54,287 nt of DNA from an uncultured Candidatus Competibacteraceae bacterium (GCA_964563515.1 CAZLYT010000496.1:1-54287), one strand, 5' to 3'. Shown: positions 20,555-37,095, numbered from the stretch's first letter. Program-made: numbers and translations. Notes: a model not told the origin generated them from the letters alone.

Positions 20555-21617
20555 CGCAGTGAAACGCAGCGCTCTTGGTGGCCACTGCGTCTACCATGGC
20601 GACGACTTTGTCGGGATCAATCCCTGGATGAATGCCATGCCCCAGGTTGAATACGTGACCACTGCCGTGGCCGAATGCTTGGATAACCTTGCTCACCTCG
20701 GCGCGCACGGTTTCGGCATCGGCGTACAGAGCGCAGGGATCCAGGTTGCCTTGCAGTGCCACTCGATCGCCCACTCGGCGCCTGGCCTCGGCAATGTCGC
20801 TGGTCCAGTCGAGTCCGAGGGCGTCGCAGCCGGTGTCGGCCAGCCACTCCAGCCACTGACCGCCGCCCTTGGTGAACAAAATGATCGGCACGGCGCGGCC
20901 CTCCGCCTCGCGTTGGAGCCCCTCGACGATCTGGGCCAGGTAGGCCAGTGACATCTCCCGATAGCGTTCCGGCGAGAGCACGCCGCCCCAGGTGTCGAAC
21001 ACCATGACCGCCTGGGCGCCTGCTGCAATCTGTGCGTTGAGATAGGCTGTCACCGCCGCGGCGGTGGTCCGCAGCAGCTGATGCAGGAGCTCGGGCCGCT
21101 CGAACATCATTCCCTTGATCAGCGCGTAGTCCTTGCTCGCGCCGCCTTCGACCATGTACGTCGCCAAGGTCCACGGACTCCCGGAGAAACCGATCAGCGG
21201 CACACGCCCCTCCAGTGAGCGACGGATCAGCCGCACCGCATCCATCACGTAGCGAAGCTCGACCTCCGGGTCGGGCGCCGCCAGCGCGGCGATCTGACGA
21301 GCGTTGCGCAGGGGTCGCTCGAATCGAGGCCCCTCGCCCTCGGCGAAGAAGAGGCCCAGACCCATGGCATCGGGGATGGTGAGAATGTCGGAGAACAGAA
21401 TGGCTGCATCCAGGGGAAAGCGGGCCAGGGGCTGCAGCGCGACCTCGCAGGCGAGCTCCGGCGTCTGGCACAGCTGGAGAAAGCTACCGGCCCGTTGACG
21501 GGTGGCGCGGTACTCCGGCAAATAACGACCGGCCTGGCGCATCAGCCATACCGGTGTGCGGTCGACGGGCTGTCGCAACAGCGCCCGCAGCAGGCGGTCA
21601 TTGTGTAGCGTCTGCAC
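20544..21617 (-). CDS. hemE: uroporphyrinogen decarboxylase
   Basis: The 357-aa product has a GTG start. The sequence [32 protein letters not shown] is the HemE signature. Confidence 0.94.
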   Translation of the reverse strand: MQTLHNDRLLRALLRQPVDRTPVWLMRQAGRYLPEYRATRQRAGSFLQLCQTPELACEVALQPLARFPLDAAILFSDILTIPDAMGLGLFFAEGEGPRFERPLRNARQIAALAAPDPEVELRYVMDAVRLIRRSLEGRVPLIGFSGSPWTLATYMVEGGASKDYALIKGMMFERPELLHQLLRTTAAAVTAYLNAQIAAGAQAVMVFDTWGGVLSPERYREMSLAYLAQIVEGLQREAEGRAVPIILFTKGGGQWLEWLADTGCDALGLDWTSDIAEARRRVGDRVALQGNLDPCALYADAETVRAEVSKVIQAFGHGSGHVFNLGHGIHPGIDPDKVVAMVDAVATKSAAFHCGGA

Positions 21618-21644
21618 GGGCGCAGCGTCCCCCTAGTTCATGGT

Positions 21645-27552
<5,908 letters not shown>

Positions 27553-27715
27553 GACAGGGCCCTCTTGCTAATGGCTGCTGGGGCGAGCGGCTCGGCTACC
27601 GCAGCCCCATACACATTGCCCCGAGTTATGCCTAGCGGGGGCACTTCGTTGTTGGGGCGCCCCGTGCTGCGAGTTGCGGCGGCGGGGAGGAGCGGATACT
27701 GCGGAGCGGCCGATC

Positions 27716-27744
27716 AGTATAGCGGTGCACTGCAGCACGCGCAA
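27716..27744 (-). promoter_or_regulatory. candidate sigma70 promoter of gltBD (TTGCGC-N17-TATACT)
   Basis: This is a minus-strand reading of the aroB-gltB spacer, about 160 nt upstream of the gltB ATG. Confidence 0.4.
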
Positions 27745-27779
27745 AAGAACAGCTACCCCCGGCAGCCGTCGACGGCCCG

Positions 27780-28868
27780 CTAGAGCGCTGTTTCGAGCGC
27801 TTCCGAAAGCGTTGCCGTGAGCACAGACTCGGGAAAGTCGGCGCTGACCACGGCCTCGCCGATGGCCCGCAGCAGGACCAGTCGCAGCTTGCCCGCAGTG
27901 ACCTTCTTGTCCACCCCCATCAGCTCTCTCATACGTTCCACGCTGAGCTGCCGAGGCGGTCGCGTAGGGAGCCCGCAGGCGTCGAGCAGGGCTCGCAGCC
28001 GGGACTGTGCCTGAGCGTCAATCCAACCGAGACGGCCAGATAGATCCGCTGCCAGCACCAATCCGGCGGCAACCGCCTCCCCGTGCAGCCAGCTGCCGTA
28101 GCCAACGCCGACCTCGATAGCGTGCCCAAAGGTGTGCCCAAGATTGAGCAGGGCGCGCACGCCGCCTTCGCGCTCGTCTTGGGAGACAATGGCCGCCTTG
28201 TCGGCGCACGATCGCTCGATGGCATAGGCGAGGGCCTCGGGATCCCGGGCGAGCAGGGCGTGAGCCCGCGCCTCCAGCCACTGAAACAACGGGGCGTCGC
28301 CAATGAGGCCATACTTGATCACCTCGGCGATGCCGGCCGTGAACTCTCGTTTGGGCAACGATGCCAGGGTATCGGTGTCTGCCAATACGCAAAGCGGCTG
28401 GTGGAACGCCCCGATCATGTTCTTACCCAAAGGATGGTTGACGCCGGTTTTGCCGCCCACGGAGGAGTCCACCTGCGCCAGTAGCGTGGTGGGCAGCTGC
28501 ACAAAGTTGACCCCGCGCAGGTAACAGGCGGCGGCAAATCCCGTGATGTCACCCACGACGCCGCCGCCAAGCGCGAGCAGTGTGCAACTGCGGTCGAAGC
28601 GGCCCAGCAGCAGCTTGTCGAAGATCAGGTTGACCGTTTCCAGGGTCTTGTAGCGCTCGCCGTCCGGCAGCACCAGAGTGTCGTGGCGCAGGCCCGAGAG
28701 CCCAGTCTGAATGCGCTCCAGATACAGCGGCGCTACCGTCTCGTTGGTGACGATCAGGGCTTGGGCACCGTGTAGGTGCGGGCGCAGCAGCTCGGACTGG
28801 CGCAGCAGGCCGCTGCCGATATGTATGGGATAGCTTCTGGGCCCTAGCTCAACGGTCAGCGTTCGCAT
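27780..28868 (-). CDS. aroB: 3-dehydroquinate synthase
   Basis: The 362-aa product has [14 protein letters not shown] and [12 protein letters not shown] motifs. It lies 1 nt downstream of aroK. Confidence 0.94.
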   Translation of the reverse strand: MRTLTVELGPRSYPIHIGSGLLRQSELLRPHLHGAQALIVTNETVAPLYLERIQTGLSGLRHDTLVLPDGERYKTLETVNLIFDKLLLGRFDRSCTLLALGGGVVGDITGFAAACYLRGVNFVQLPTTLLAQVDSSVGGKTGVNHPLGKNMIGAFHQPLCVLADTDTLASLPKREFTAGIAEVIKYGLIGDAPLFQWLEARAHALLARDPEALAYAIERSCADKAAIVSQDEREGGVRALLNLGHTFGHAIEVGVGYGSWLHGEAVAAGLVLAADLSGRLGWIDAQAQSRLRALLDACGLPTRPPRQLSVERMRELMGVDKKVTAGKLRLVLLRAIGEAVVSADFPESVLTATLSEALETAL

Positions 28869-28869
28869 T

Positions 28870-29412
28870 TCAAGAGCTTCCAGTCGCGAGCTTGCTGCTC
28901 AGCTCTAGATAGCGTCGCGCAATCTGCTGCGCCACCCGATGTACTCGCTTGCTATCGGTCTCTATCACAATGTCGGCGATCTGGCGGTAGAGGGGGTCCC
29001 TGATGGCCCGTAAGCCCTCGAGCCTCGCTTGACGGTCAGGGGTCTGCAATAACGGTCGATGACGGTCGTGGGCGAGGCGGCGAAGCTGCTCTTGTACCGA
29101 GGTACGGAGAAATACCACGATCCCCCGACTCTGCAGCCAGGCCCGATTCTCGGGATCCAACACGGCGCCGCCCCCGGTGGCGAGCACCACGCCGGGGACA
29201 CGGGTGAGTTCATCCAGTAGCGCCTTCTCACGGGCCCGAAATCCTTCCTCGCCTTCGAGCTCGAAGATCAAGGGAATGTCGACGCCGGTGCGTTCTTCGA
29301 GCACTCGGTCCACGTCGCAGAAGTCCAGGCCGAGGCGCTGAGCGAGGCGCCGTCCGATGGTGGACTTGCCCGCGCCCATGGGGCCGACGAGGAACAGGCT
29401 GGTTGCGCTCAT
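28870..29412 (-). CDS. aroK: shikimate kinase
   Basis: The internal ATG at 29412 gives [24 protein letters not shown] (P-loop). The listed ORF is 12 codons longer. Confidence 0.92.
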   Translation of the reverse strand: MSATSLFLVGPMGAGKSTIGRRLAQRLGLDFCDVDRVLEERTGVDIPLIFELEGEEGFRAREKALLDELTRVPGVVLATGGGAVLDPENRAWLQSRGIVVFLRTSVQEQLRRLAHDRHRPLLQTPDRQARLEGLRAIRDPLYRQIADIVIETDSKRVHRVAQQIARRYLELSSKLATGSS

Positions 29413-29440
29413 GCAGTCGAGGCTTGCACAGCCCCTGCCG

Positions 29441-29477
29441 GAAGACAAGAAGGGCCGGGCACTCGCGTGCCCGGCCC
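29441..29477 (-). terminator. intrinsic terminator downstream of pilQ
   Basis: The minus strand reads GGGCCGGGCAC-GCGA-GTGCCCGGCCC, a perfect 11-bp stem with a 4-nt loop. TTCTTGTCTT follows immediately. It lies 26 nt after the pilQ stop. Confidence 0.7.
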
Positions 29478-29502
29478 TGCAAAGGACCCGAAGGTCAGGA
29501 GC

Positions 29503-31653
29503 TTATTGTAGAGCCAGCACTTCGCGGACGATCTTCGGGGTAACGAAGACCAGAAGCTCGGCCTTGTCGTCCTGCAGGAGGTTCCTGCGGAACAGCGAGC
29601 CAACGCCTGGGAGATCCCCCAGGAACGGCACCTTGTCGACACCTCGGTTCTGCACTCGCTCGTAGACGCCGCCGAGGACGACGGTTTCGCCGTCGTTCAC
29701 CAGCACCTGCGATTCCACCGCCCGGGTGTCGATGGAGGGAATCGCGCCACCACTGGAGCGGTCGTCGCCCCCGGCGATGCCGATCGGCACCAGCTGGCCC
29801 ACCGTGTCCTTGGTGACCGACAGATCCATGATGATGCGGTCGTTGGGCGTGATCTGAGGCGTGACCTTCAAGCTCAGCACGGCCTTCTTGAAGGAGACCG
29901 TGGTGGCACCGCTGGACGAGGCCTCCTGGTAGGGAATCTCAACGCCCTGCTCGATCACCGCCTCTTGACGATTGGTGGTCATCACCCGCGGGTTGGAGAG
30001 GACCTCGCCGTTGCCCTCGCTTTGCAGCGCCGACAACTCCAGATCAACCAGGAAGTCGGTTCCCAGCACCGCGATGCCAAGGGTGCCGAAGGCTGGGTTG
30101 CTGGTGGCCAGGTTGACGCCGATGCGCTGAGCGATGGTGCTCGCGGTGTTCTGCAGCGCATTGTCCTGCGCCACGGTGTTGGCACCGGACAAGCTACCGG
30201 CACCGCCGAACAGGGTGCTGTTATTGCTCCCCTTGACGGCGCCGCCCCAGCGGATTCCCAGCTCCTTGGTGAAGTCGTCGCGGGCGATTACGATGCGCGA
30301 GTCGATCAGCACCTGCTTCACCGGGATGTCCAGCGAGGCCACCAGATTGCGGATCTCGCGTATCTTGGTCGCGGAATCCTGCACCAGCAAGGTGTTGGTA
30401 CGGTTGTCGATGGTGATGGTGCCGCGCGAGGACAGCATGGAGATCTCGCCCGACTTCAGCAAGGCCCCGACCTCCTCTGCCTTGGCATAGTTGATCTGGA
30501 CGATCTCCGAGGTCAGCGGCTCGAGCTCGGCGGTCTGCTTGCGGGCCTCGAGCTCGAGCTTCTCCCGTGCCGCGATCTCTTCGGTCGGCGCGATCAGCAG
30601 CACGTTGCCGTTCTCACGCATGCTGAGGCCCTTGGTCTTGAGGATGATGTCGAGCGCTTGATCCCAAGGTACGTTCTTCAGACGCAGGGTTAGGTTGCCC
30701 TGGACCGAGTCGCTCACCACCACGTTCAGGCCGGTGAAGTCTGCCAGGATCTGCAGCACTGCCCGGACCTCGATGTCCTGGAAGTTGAGAGACAGTGGCT
30801 CGCCGGTGAACTCCTTCTTGGAGAGACCCTCGGCCTCGGCCATCGTCTCCGGTGTCACCGGACGGACCTCGATGGTGTACTGGTCGTTGGCCTGGTAGGC
30901 CAGATACTCGTACGGGCCACCCGAAACCAAAACCATGCGGGCGCCGCCGGAGTAGTTGAATATGTCGATGGTGCGCACCGGAGTGGCGAAATCCACCACG
31001 TCGAGCTGACGCTCCTCGTCTGCGGGCAGCCGGATGCCGCGAATATCCGCGACGATACGCTCGCCCTCCTGACGAATGTCGATTTGGCCGACGTTCGGCG
31101 GCAGGTCCAGGCTGACGATGCCCTGCCCTTCCATACCGCGCCGGAAGTCCACTCCTGCATCGGTGGTTGGCGCCGTCGCCAAGCTTTGGCTCGGGCTGCC
31201 GGCCGCCGTTGTAGCCACACCGCCGTCGAGCAGCAGGTCGACGGTGGAGTCGGTGGCGTTGATCTCATAAGGCACTAGCCGGGCGAGCTTGATTGTCGCG
31301 CGGGTCCGATCGGGTGCCTCAGAAACTGTTAGGCTCTCGACCACGCCGAGTCCAAGGCGTTGGAAGCGATCGCTTATCCCGTTCTTGAGGCCGGGAAAAT
31401 CGACCACGATTCGAGCCGGGTCGTTAATGGTGAAGCTGTCGGTCGCCGGCGCTGTACCGTCCAGTCGGAACGACATTCGTACCCGGTTGCCGGCCGCCGA
31501 AGACACGTCGACGGACTCCAATATGGTTGCGGTTGGTGGCTCGACCGCGATGGCGGTGGCGGCTACGCCAGTCAGCATCGCCACCGCCACCAGCGCGGCC
31601 CGACGCCATGCGCCGGCGCTGCCGGCGGTCCCCTTGTTTGACGAAATGCTCAT
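29503..31653 (-). CDS. pilQ: type IV pilus secretin PilQ
   Basis: The ATG at 31653 is preceded by GGAGAG and gives a signal peptide MSISSNKGTAGSAGAWRRAALVAVAMLTGVAATAIA. AMIN-like repeats follow, then the secretin C-domain (..VLSNPRVMTTNRQEA..VPFLGDLPGVGSLFR). Confidence 0.93.
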   Translation of the reverse strand: MSISSNKGTAGSAGAWRRAALVAVAMLTGVAATAIAVEPPTATILESVDVSSAAGNRVRMSFRLDGTAPATDSFTINDPARIVVDFPGLKNGISDRFQRLGLGVVESLTVSEAPDRTRATIKLARLVPYEINATDSTVDLLLDGGVATTAAGSPSQSLATAPTTDAGVDFRRGMEGQGIVSLDLPPNVGQIDIRQEGERIVADIRGIRLPADEERQLDVVDFATPVRTIDIFNYSGGARMVLVSGGPYEYLAYQANDQYTIEVRPVTPETMAEAEGLSKKEFTGEPLSLNFQDIEVRAVLQILADFTGLNVVVSDSVQGNLTLRLKNVPWDQALDIILKTKGLSMRENGNVLLIAPTEEIAAREKLELEARKQTAELEPLTSEIVQINYAKAEEVGALLKSGEISMLSSRGTITIDNRTNTLLVQDSATKIREIRNLVASLDIPVKQVLIDSRIVIARDDFTKELGIRWGGAVKGSNNSTLFGGAGSLSGANTVAQDNALQNTASTIAQRIGVNLATSNPAFGTLGIAVLGTDFLVDLELSALQSEGNGEVLSNPRVMTTNRQEAVIEQGVEIPYQEASSSGATTVSFKKAVLSLKVTPQITPNDRIIMDLSVTKDTVGQLVPIGIAGGDDRSSGGAIPSIDTRAVESQVLVNDGETVVLGGVYERVQNRGVDKVPFLGDLPGVGSLFRRNLLQDDKAELLVFVTPKIVREVLALQ

Positions 31654-31669
31654 GCGAATCTCTCCGACC

Positions 31670-32194
31670 CTACTCTGCGAGCGTGAGGAATGACTCACGC
31701 TGCTCCCATCCCCCCAGGCCATCGGGGACAATCTCGACCAATTCCACGCGGCGCTCGGACAGTCCGAAGATGCGACCGTGGTTGGTGCCCATGTGGTTGC
31801 CAATGCTGACCCTGTGGACCACCGAGTCCGGCCCCTCGATCAAAGCCCAGAGGCCTTCCTTGTTGACGGTGCCAACCATCTCCAAGGACTCCAGCGCGTA
31901 CTCCTCGAGGAGCTCCTTGGGACGATCCAGATCCGGGTGTATGCCGTTATCGGCTGCCGGCGGCACGTCCTGCAGGAAGGTGGCTTCCTCGAACGGGTTG
32001 CGCAGACCGTATGCGGCATAGGCGAAAGGCTTGTAGGGCTCGAGCTTGGGTGGTGGCTCGAGCTGGGCCCCCGGGGTCGTGCGCTTGATGTAAGCGACCT
32101 GCTGCTGCAGGTCGGACATGTCGTTGCCGATGCAGCCGCCCAGGGTCAGAACCCCGGCAATGATGGCCGCACGCTGCAGGATCAGGCTGCTCAT
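31670..32194 (-). CDS. pilP: type IV pilus assembly lipoprotein PilP
   Basis: The 174-aa product has the lipobox LTLGGC. Its ATG overlaps the pilO stop (ATGA). Confidence 0.88.
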   Translation of the reverse strand: MSSLILQRAAIIAGVLTLGGCIGNDMSDLQQQVAYIKRTTPGAQLEPPPKLEPYKPFAYAAYGLRNPFEEATFLQDVPPAADNGIHPDLDRPKELLEEYALESLEMVGTVNKEGLWALIEGPDSVVHRVSIGNHMGTNHGRIFGLSERRVELVEIVPDGLGGWEQRESFLTLAE

Positions 32195-32820
32195 TTCTGA
32201 CTACCCTCCCCGCCGAACTCGTCCCGATAGCGGTAGGTGTTCAAGGTCGCTTCCAGTACCAGCTCCGGTGCGCCGCTCGCGTCGGCGCGAACGTCTTTGC
32301 CTTCGGGCTTGACGATGGCCACGTTCCCCACCGTGACGATGCGCGGCAGCGCCGATACTCCACTCAGGAAGGCGCCGAACTGGTGATAGGTGCCACGAGC
32401 GCGGATCGAGATTGGCTGCGTCGCGTAGAACTCCTGGGGTACTTCCGCTTCCGGCTTGAAGCGGTCGAACACTAGACCGTTAATGATGCCGGTATTGGAG
32501 ATGTCCTCGAGCAGGTCGGGCATCTCGGTGCTGGTGGGCAGCTGCCGCAGCATGGAGTCCAGGGACTCTTGCATCTCGGCGAGTTGGGCCCGATAGGCGT
32601 CCAGATTGGCGATCACGGTCTGCCGCCTGCTGAACTCTTTCAGCAGATCGCCCTCTTGACTCTGTACCGATGCCAGTTCATCTCGCATTCCGCGGGTATC
32701 CAGGGCATAGCCGGCGGCGAGAATGCCGGCGCTCAGCACCAGCATCGCGAGAGCTTTGGCCGCAGCCGGCCAGGCACCGACGTTGCCCAGGTCCAGGTCG
32801 TTGAGCTGGGATAGGTTCAT
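32191..32820 (-). CDS. pilO: type IV pilus assembly protein PilO
   Basis: The internal ATG at 32820 overlaps the pilN stop (ATGA) and gives MNLSQLNDLDLGNVGAWP. The product has a single TM followed by a coiled coil. Confidence 0.88.
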   Translation of the reverse strand: MNLSQLNDLDLGNVGAWPAAAKALAMLVLSAGILAAGYALDTRGMRDELASVQSQEGDLLKEFSRRQTVIANLDAYRAQLAEMQESLDSMLRQLPTSTEMPDLLEDISNTGIINGLVFDRFKPEAEVPQEFYATQPISIRARGTYHQFGAFLSGVSALPRIVTVGNVAIVKPEGKDVRADASGAPELVLEATLNTYRYRDEFGGEGSQK

Positions 32821-33386
32821 GAGCTCGCATCCTCGTCTTTGGAGCCCTGCCGTCGCTTCGCGACCCGGAACTCGAAGAAGCTTGCGCGAACGTCCATGAC
32901 TTCTTTGTTGTTGACTTCCTGGAGCACCGGCACGCCAAACCATTGGGAGGTACCGAGGTTGCGCATGAAGTCGGAGACCAGCCGGTTGTCGCGAGCCACG
33001 CCATTGACGGTGAGGCTTTCGCCGCTGCGGCGCAGATTGGTGAGGTACACCTCATCCGGCAGGACCCGTACCATCTCGTCGAAGACGTGGACCATTTCTG
33101 GCCGACTGCTCTGGAGATTTTGAATAATCTCCATTCGGCTGAGGATTTGAGCCTTGGTACGCTCGAGCGTGTTGATTTCTTTTTCGACCTGCTTCTGCCG
33201 CGCGATCTCCGCTCGCAGAAAATCATTGCGAGCAGTTTGGTAAGAGATGCGAGAATCGAAATAGAGATGAACCCCACCGACGATCGCCAAAGCGAATACC
33301 ACGGTGGCAACAGCGAGAATGCCGAACTCGCGCTGCTGTTGCTTACGCCGAGCCTCTCGCCATGGCAGGAGGTTTATGCGCCTCAT
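32817..33386 (-). CDS. pilN: type IV pilus assembly protein PilN
   Basis: The 189-aa product starts MRRINLLPWREARRKQQQREF, the PilN signature. Its ATG overlaps the pilM stop (ATGA). Confidence 0.9.
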   Translation of the reverse strand: MRRINLLPWREARRKQQQREFGILAVATVVFALAIVGGVHLYFDSRISYQTARNDFLRAEIARQKQVEKEINTLERTKAQILSRMEIIQNLQSSRPEMVHVFDEMVRVLPDEVYLTNLRRSGESLTVNGVARDNRLVSDFMRNLGTSQWFGVPVLQEVNNKEVMDVRASFFEFRVAKRRQGSKDEDASS

Positions 33387-34444
33387 TGGGTGTCAAAGCT
33401 CCGTAGTGCCAGCCCGCAGGCAATAGTGAAAAGGGGACCTTCCTGCATCAGGGTGGTGCGGGTCACTCGCCGGGCGCTGGACATTTGATCGAAAGGATTG
33501 CCGAGAAAAGTCGGAATACCCGTCTGTTCGGAAACGAACCGGTCCATACTCGAATGCAGTGCCCCGCCCCCAAGCAGCACGATGCAGTCCACCGAGCCGT
33601 AATGGCTGGCGGAGGTGAAAAACTGCAGGGAGTGGTTTATCTGGGCCACTGCCGCTTCCATGAAGGGTTCCAGCACCGAGCTCTGGTAGTCCTCCGGCAG
33701 GTCGCCACTGAGTCGAGCCACCTCGGCCTGTTCCCGGGACAAGCCGTAGGCATCGGCAATGTTGGAGATCAGTTGATCACAGCCGAAAGTCTGATCGCGG
33801 GTGTAGAGCGTCGCCCCGTTCTGGATCACGGTGAGCGTGGTCAGAGTAGCGCCGATGTCTACGACCGCCACCCGATGCTCTATCCGAATCGACGGATGGC
33901 GGTCGGTCATGAGGTTGAGGGCGTTCTCCAGGGCGTAGGCGTCCACGTCTACGATCTTGGCCTTGAGGCCGGCGGCCTCCAGAGCCTCCTGACGCAGCTC
34001 CACGTTCTCACGCCGGGAAGCGACAATGGTGACATCCAAGGTGTCGGGATTGGATTCCGATACCCCCCTGACCTCGAAATCCAGGTAGACTTCGTCCAAT
34101 GGATAGGGGATGTATTTCGGGGCCTCGAGCCGAATCTCGGTTTCGATCTCTTCCTCGGAACGGTCCGAGGGCATCGGCACAGTGCGAGTGATGACGGCCG
34201 ACGTGGGTACCGCGACCGCCGCCTGCTTCAGCGAAGTGCCACTGGCGCGAACCGCTCGTCGGATCGCCGCGCCTACCTCTTCAGGATCGGAGATGTTGCG
34301 ATCGCTCACAGCTCCCTGAGGCAGCGGCTCCAGAGCCTTGGCCTCGACGCGGTAGTGTTGCCCGCTGCGGCTCAGCTCCAATACTTTTACGGATGACGTG
34401 CTGATGTCGATTCCGAGGACAGCGTTACGTTTCTTGAGCAACAA
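33383..34444 (-). CDS. pilM: type IV pilus assembly ATPase-fold protein PilM
   Basis: The product is actin-like (GIDISTSSVKVLELS...). The listed ORF has a 40-codon Arg-rich extension. The TTG at 34444 is preceded by AGGA 8 nt upstream and gives about 353 aa, the normal PilM size. The start is not certain. Confidence 0.88.
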   Translation of the reverse strand: MLLKKRNAVLGIDISTSSVKVLELSRSGQHYRVEAKALEPLPQGAVSDRNISDPEEVGAAIRRAVRASGTSLKQAAVAVPTSAVITRTVPMPSDRSEEEIETEIRLEAPKYIPYPLDEVYLDFEVRGVSESNPDTLDVTIVASRRENVELRQEALEAAGLKAKIVDVDAYALENALNLMTDRHPSIRIEHRVAVVDIGATLTTLTVIQNGATLYTRDQTFGCDQLISNIADAYGLSREQAEVARLSGDLPEDYQSSVLEPFMEAAVAQINHSLQFFTSASHYGSVDCIVLLGGGALHSSMDRFVSEQTGIPTFLGNPFDQMSSARRVTRTTLMQEGPLFTIACGLALRSFDTQ

Positions 34445-34626
34445 GGTGCTAGTCCTGCCAAAACGTCGGTTTCGCGGGAAGTGGATGTCGGGTCGAGCCG
34501 CCCCGCAAAACAGCGTGCTTGCCCCGAGCGCAGACTTGCGCATCGTCGCGGCAAAGCGTAACAACAGCTTCGTTTATACTGCTGCCCAAGTTTAAAGACT
34601 GCCAACGTAAGATATCTCGGAACCTC

Positions 34627-36990
34627 ATGAAGCTGCTTCTCCGGTTTTCGCGAGTCCTGCTATACGCGGCTCTGTTATCAGCGGTCGTGGCACTGGTTGT
34701 GGGGGTCGCGCTGTACTATCGACTCGAACCGCAACTGCCCGACAGCGACAATCTTCGCGAGGTGCAGCTGCAGGTCCCGCTGCGGGTATTCACCCACGAT
34801 GGCCGCCTGATCGCGGAGTTCGGTGAGATGCGCCGGGCCCCGGTGCGCATCGAGGAAGTTCCCGCGGTACTGGAACAGGCGTTTCTTGCTGCCGAGGATG
34901 ACCGTTTCTACGACCATCCAGGCGTCGACTATCAAGGCATTCTCCGTGCCGCCTGGCTCTACGCCACCACCGGCGAACGTCGGCAGGGTGGCAGCACGAT
35001 CACCATGCAGGTCGCGCGCAACTTTTTTTTGACGCCGGAGAAAACTTTTACCCGCAAGCTCAATGAGATCCTGTTGGCACTCAAAATCGAGCGCGATCTG
35101 AGCAAGCAGGAGATACTCGAGCTCTATCTCAACAAGATCTATCTGGGGCAGCGCGCCTACGGTGTGGCCGCCGCAGCCCAGGTCTACTACGGCAAGCGCC
35201 TGGATGAGCTGACGCTGCCAGAGGTGGCCATGATTGCCGGGCTGCCCAAGGCGCCGTCGGTGTCAAACCCGATCAGCGATTCCGAGCGCGCAAGACAGCG
35301 CCGGGATTACGTGCTACAGCGCATGCTAGAGCTCGGTTTCATCGACCAGGAAGCGCTGCAGAGTGCTCGCGAGCACCCGGTAACCGCCAGCCTGCATTCG
35401 GCGCCGGTGGAAGTTCCGGCGCCCTACGCTGCAGAGATGGTGCGACGGCAGCTAGTGGAGGAGTTTGGCGACGAGGCCTACAGCACCGGACTTTCGGCCT
35501 ACACGACCCTCGATGGTAGCGCCCAGGCGGCGGCCGAGAACAGCTTGCGTCGGGCATTGCTGGAGTACGATCGACGGCACGGCTGGCGTGGTGCTGAGGC
35601 CCATCTGGATCCCGCCATTGGAGCCGAGGAGATGGCGCGCGCACTGGCGCAGCGCGCAGTAGTGGGTGGGCTGGAGCCTGCCGTGGTGACCGATGTCACT
35701 GAGCAGGATGCAGAAGTGCTGCTGCGCACCGGGCAGCACCATCGGATCCCGATGGCTGAGATGAGCTGGGCCGCCCCCTACCGCAGCGAGAACTCCCTCG
35801 GGACCGAACCCAAACGGCCGCGGGATGTGGTGGAGGTGGGCGATGTGGTGCGAGTGCTGAGGCGCGGTGAAGCCTTGGAGCTGGCGCAGCTGCCCGATAT
35901 CCAGGGCGCTTTGGTGGCCTTGGAACCGAGCAACGGAGCGATCCGCGCCCTGGCTGGCGGATTCGACTTCGATGCCAGCAAGTTCAATCGCATCACGCAA
36001 GCTCGGCGCCAGCCGGGTTCCAATTTCAAGCCCTTCCTTTACGCGGCCGCGATCGATCACGGCTACACGCCGGCGAGCCTGATCAACGATGCACCGGTGG
36101 TGATGGAAGACATCCGCGAGGGCGAGGACTGGCGCCCGCAGAACTTCAGCCGCAAGTTCTACGGCCCCACGCGTTTGCGCGAGGCGCTGTACCGATCTCG
36201 CAATCTGGTGTCGATCAGGCTTCTGCGTGACCTGGGCATCGACTACGTGCGCGACTATGTCACTCGGTTCGGTTTCGACGCCGAGGCGCTGCCGCCGAAC
36301 CTCACCATGGCGTTGGGTTCGGCGACGCTGACCCCGCTGCAAGTGGCCGAAGCCTACGCCGTGTTCGCGAACGGCGGTTATCGAGTTCGGGGCTACCTGG
36401 TCGACCGGGTGCTGGATGCCGGTGGCAATGAAGTGCAGCGGGCCGAGCCCGCTCATGTGCCGAGCGTGGATTCTTCCGGCCCGGTGGCGGAGCGGGTGCT
36501 ATCGGAACCGACCGCCTTCATCATGAGAGACATGCTGGTGGACGTGATTCAGCGCGGTACGGCCACCAAGGCGAAGGCCCTGGGGCGTGCCGACATCGCC
36601 GGCAAGACCGGAACCACCAACGATCAGATGGACGCTTGGTTCAGTGGCTTCAACAGCAAGATCGTGGCGACCACCTGGGTAGGGTTCGATGAGTTGCGCT
36701 CGCTGGGCAGTAGGGAGGTAGGAGGTGTCGCAGCTCTACCCATGTGGATGTACTTCATGGAGGAGGTTCTGAAAGGTACACCCGAGGCCGGCCCGCAACG
36801 GCCAGCCGGAATCGTGACCGCCCGAATCAACCCCCGTACCGGGCTCGTGATTTCCGCGGGCGCGCCAACCGATGGCTCCCTGGTGGAGTTTTTCAAGGAG
36901 GACGAGCTGCCCGGGATCGAGCCCGAGGATGCTGCGACTGGCGGCACCCCGGGCTCGGCCGCGACTGGCGCCGGCGGCAGCCTGTTTTGA
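34627..36990 (+). CDS. mrcA: penicillin-binding protein 1A (bifunctional glycosyltransferase/transpeptidase)
   Basis: The ATG at 34627 gives MKLLLRFSRVLLYAALL (TM anchor). The product has EDDRFYDHPGVD, RNFFLT, GSNFKPF, SRN and KTGTT motifs. It is divergent from pilM, as in Pseudomonas. Confidence 0.94.
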   Translation: MKLLLRFSRVLLYAALLSAVVALVVGVALYYRLEPQLPDSDNLREVQLQVPLRVFTHDGRLIAEFGEMRRAPVRIEEVPAVLEQAFLAAEDDRFYDHPGVDYQGILRAAWLYATTGERRQGGSTITMQVARNFFLTPEKTFTRKLNEILLALKIERDLSKQEILELYLNKIYLGQRAYGVAAAAQVYYGKRLDELTLPEVAMIAGLPKAPSVSNPISDSERARQRRDYVLQRMLELGFIDQEALQSAREHPVTASLHSAPVEVPAPYAAEMVRRQLVEEFGDEAYSTGLSAYTTLDGSAQAAAENSLRRALLEYDRRHGWRGAEAHLDPAIGAEEMARALAQRAVVGGLEPAVVTDVTEQDAEVLLRTGQHHRIPMAEMSWAAPYRSENSLGTEPKRPRDVVEVGDVVRVLRRGEALELAQLPDIQGALVALEPSNGAIRALAGGFDFDASKFNRITQARRQPGSNFKPFLYAAAIDHGYTPASLINDAPVVMEDIREGEDWRPQNFSRKFYGPTRLREALYRSRNLVSIRLLRDLGIDYVRDYVTRFGFDAEALPPNLTMALGSATLTPLQVAEAYAVFANGGYRVRGYLVDRVLDAGGNEVQRAEPAHVPSVDSSGPVAERVLSEPTAFIMRDMLVDVIQRGTATKAKALGRADIAGKTGTTNDQMDAWFSGFNSKIVATTWVGFDELRSLGSREVGGVAALPMWMYFMEEVLKGTPEAGPQRPAGIVTARINPRTGLVISAGAPTDGSLVEFFKEDELPGIEPEDAATGGTPGSAATGAGGSLF

Positions 36991-37095
36991 GCGGCATACT
37001 GCTGCAGCCAGGGGGGGGTAGGATGCCAACACTGCCTTGACCGGCGATGGCCGTGAAATTGCAAACGTGAACCACCTCAATGGTTGAAGAGTGCG

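Noticed and set aside
31654-31803. N-terminal extensions of pilQ (to 31803), pilO (to 32943), pilM (to 34564), ponA (from 34519), metK (to 9972), MOSC (to 7032) and aroK (to 29448).
   Set aside because: In every case an internal start restores the canonical N-terminus or signal peptide, often with an SD or an ATGA overlap with the upstream gene. The extensions overlap neighbouring genes or promoters.
37011-37018. G8 homopolymer in the ponA-downstream spacer, considered as a phase-variable promoter tract.
   Set aside because: I could not place it within a convincing -35/-10 spacer. G/C runs of this length are not statistically unusual at this base composition.
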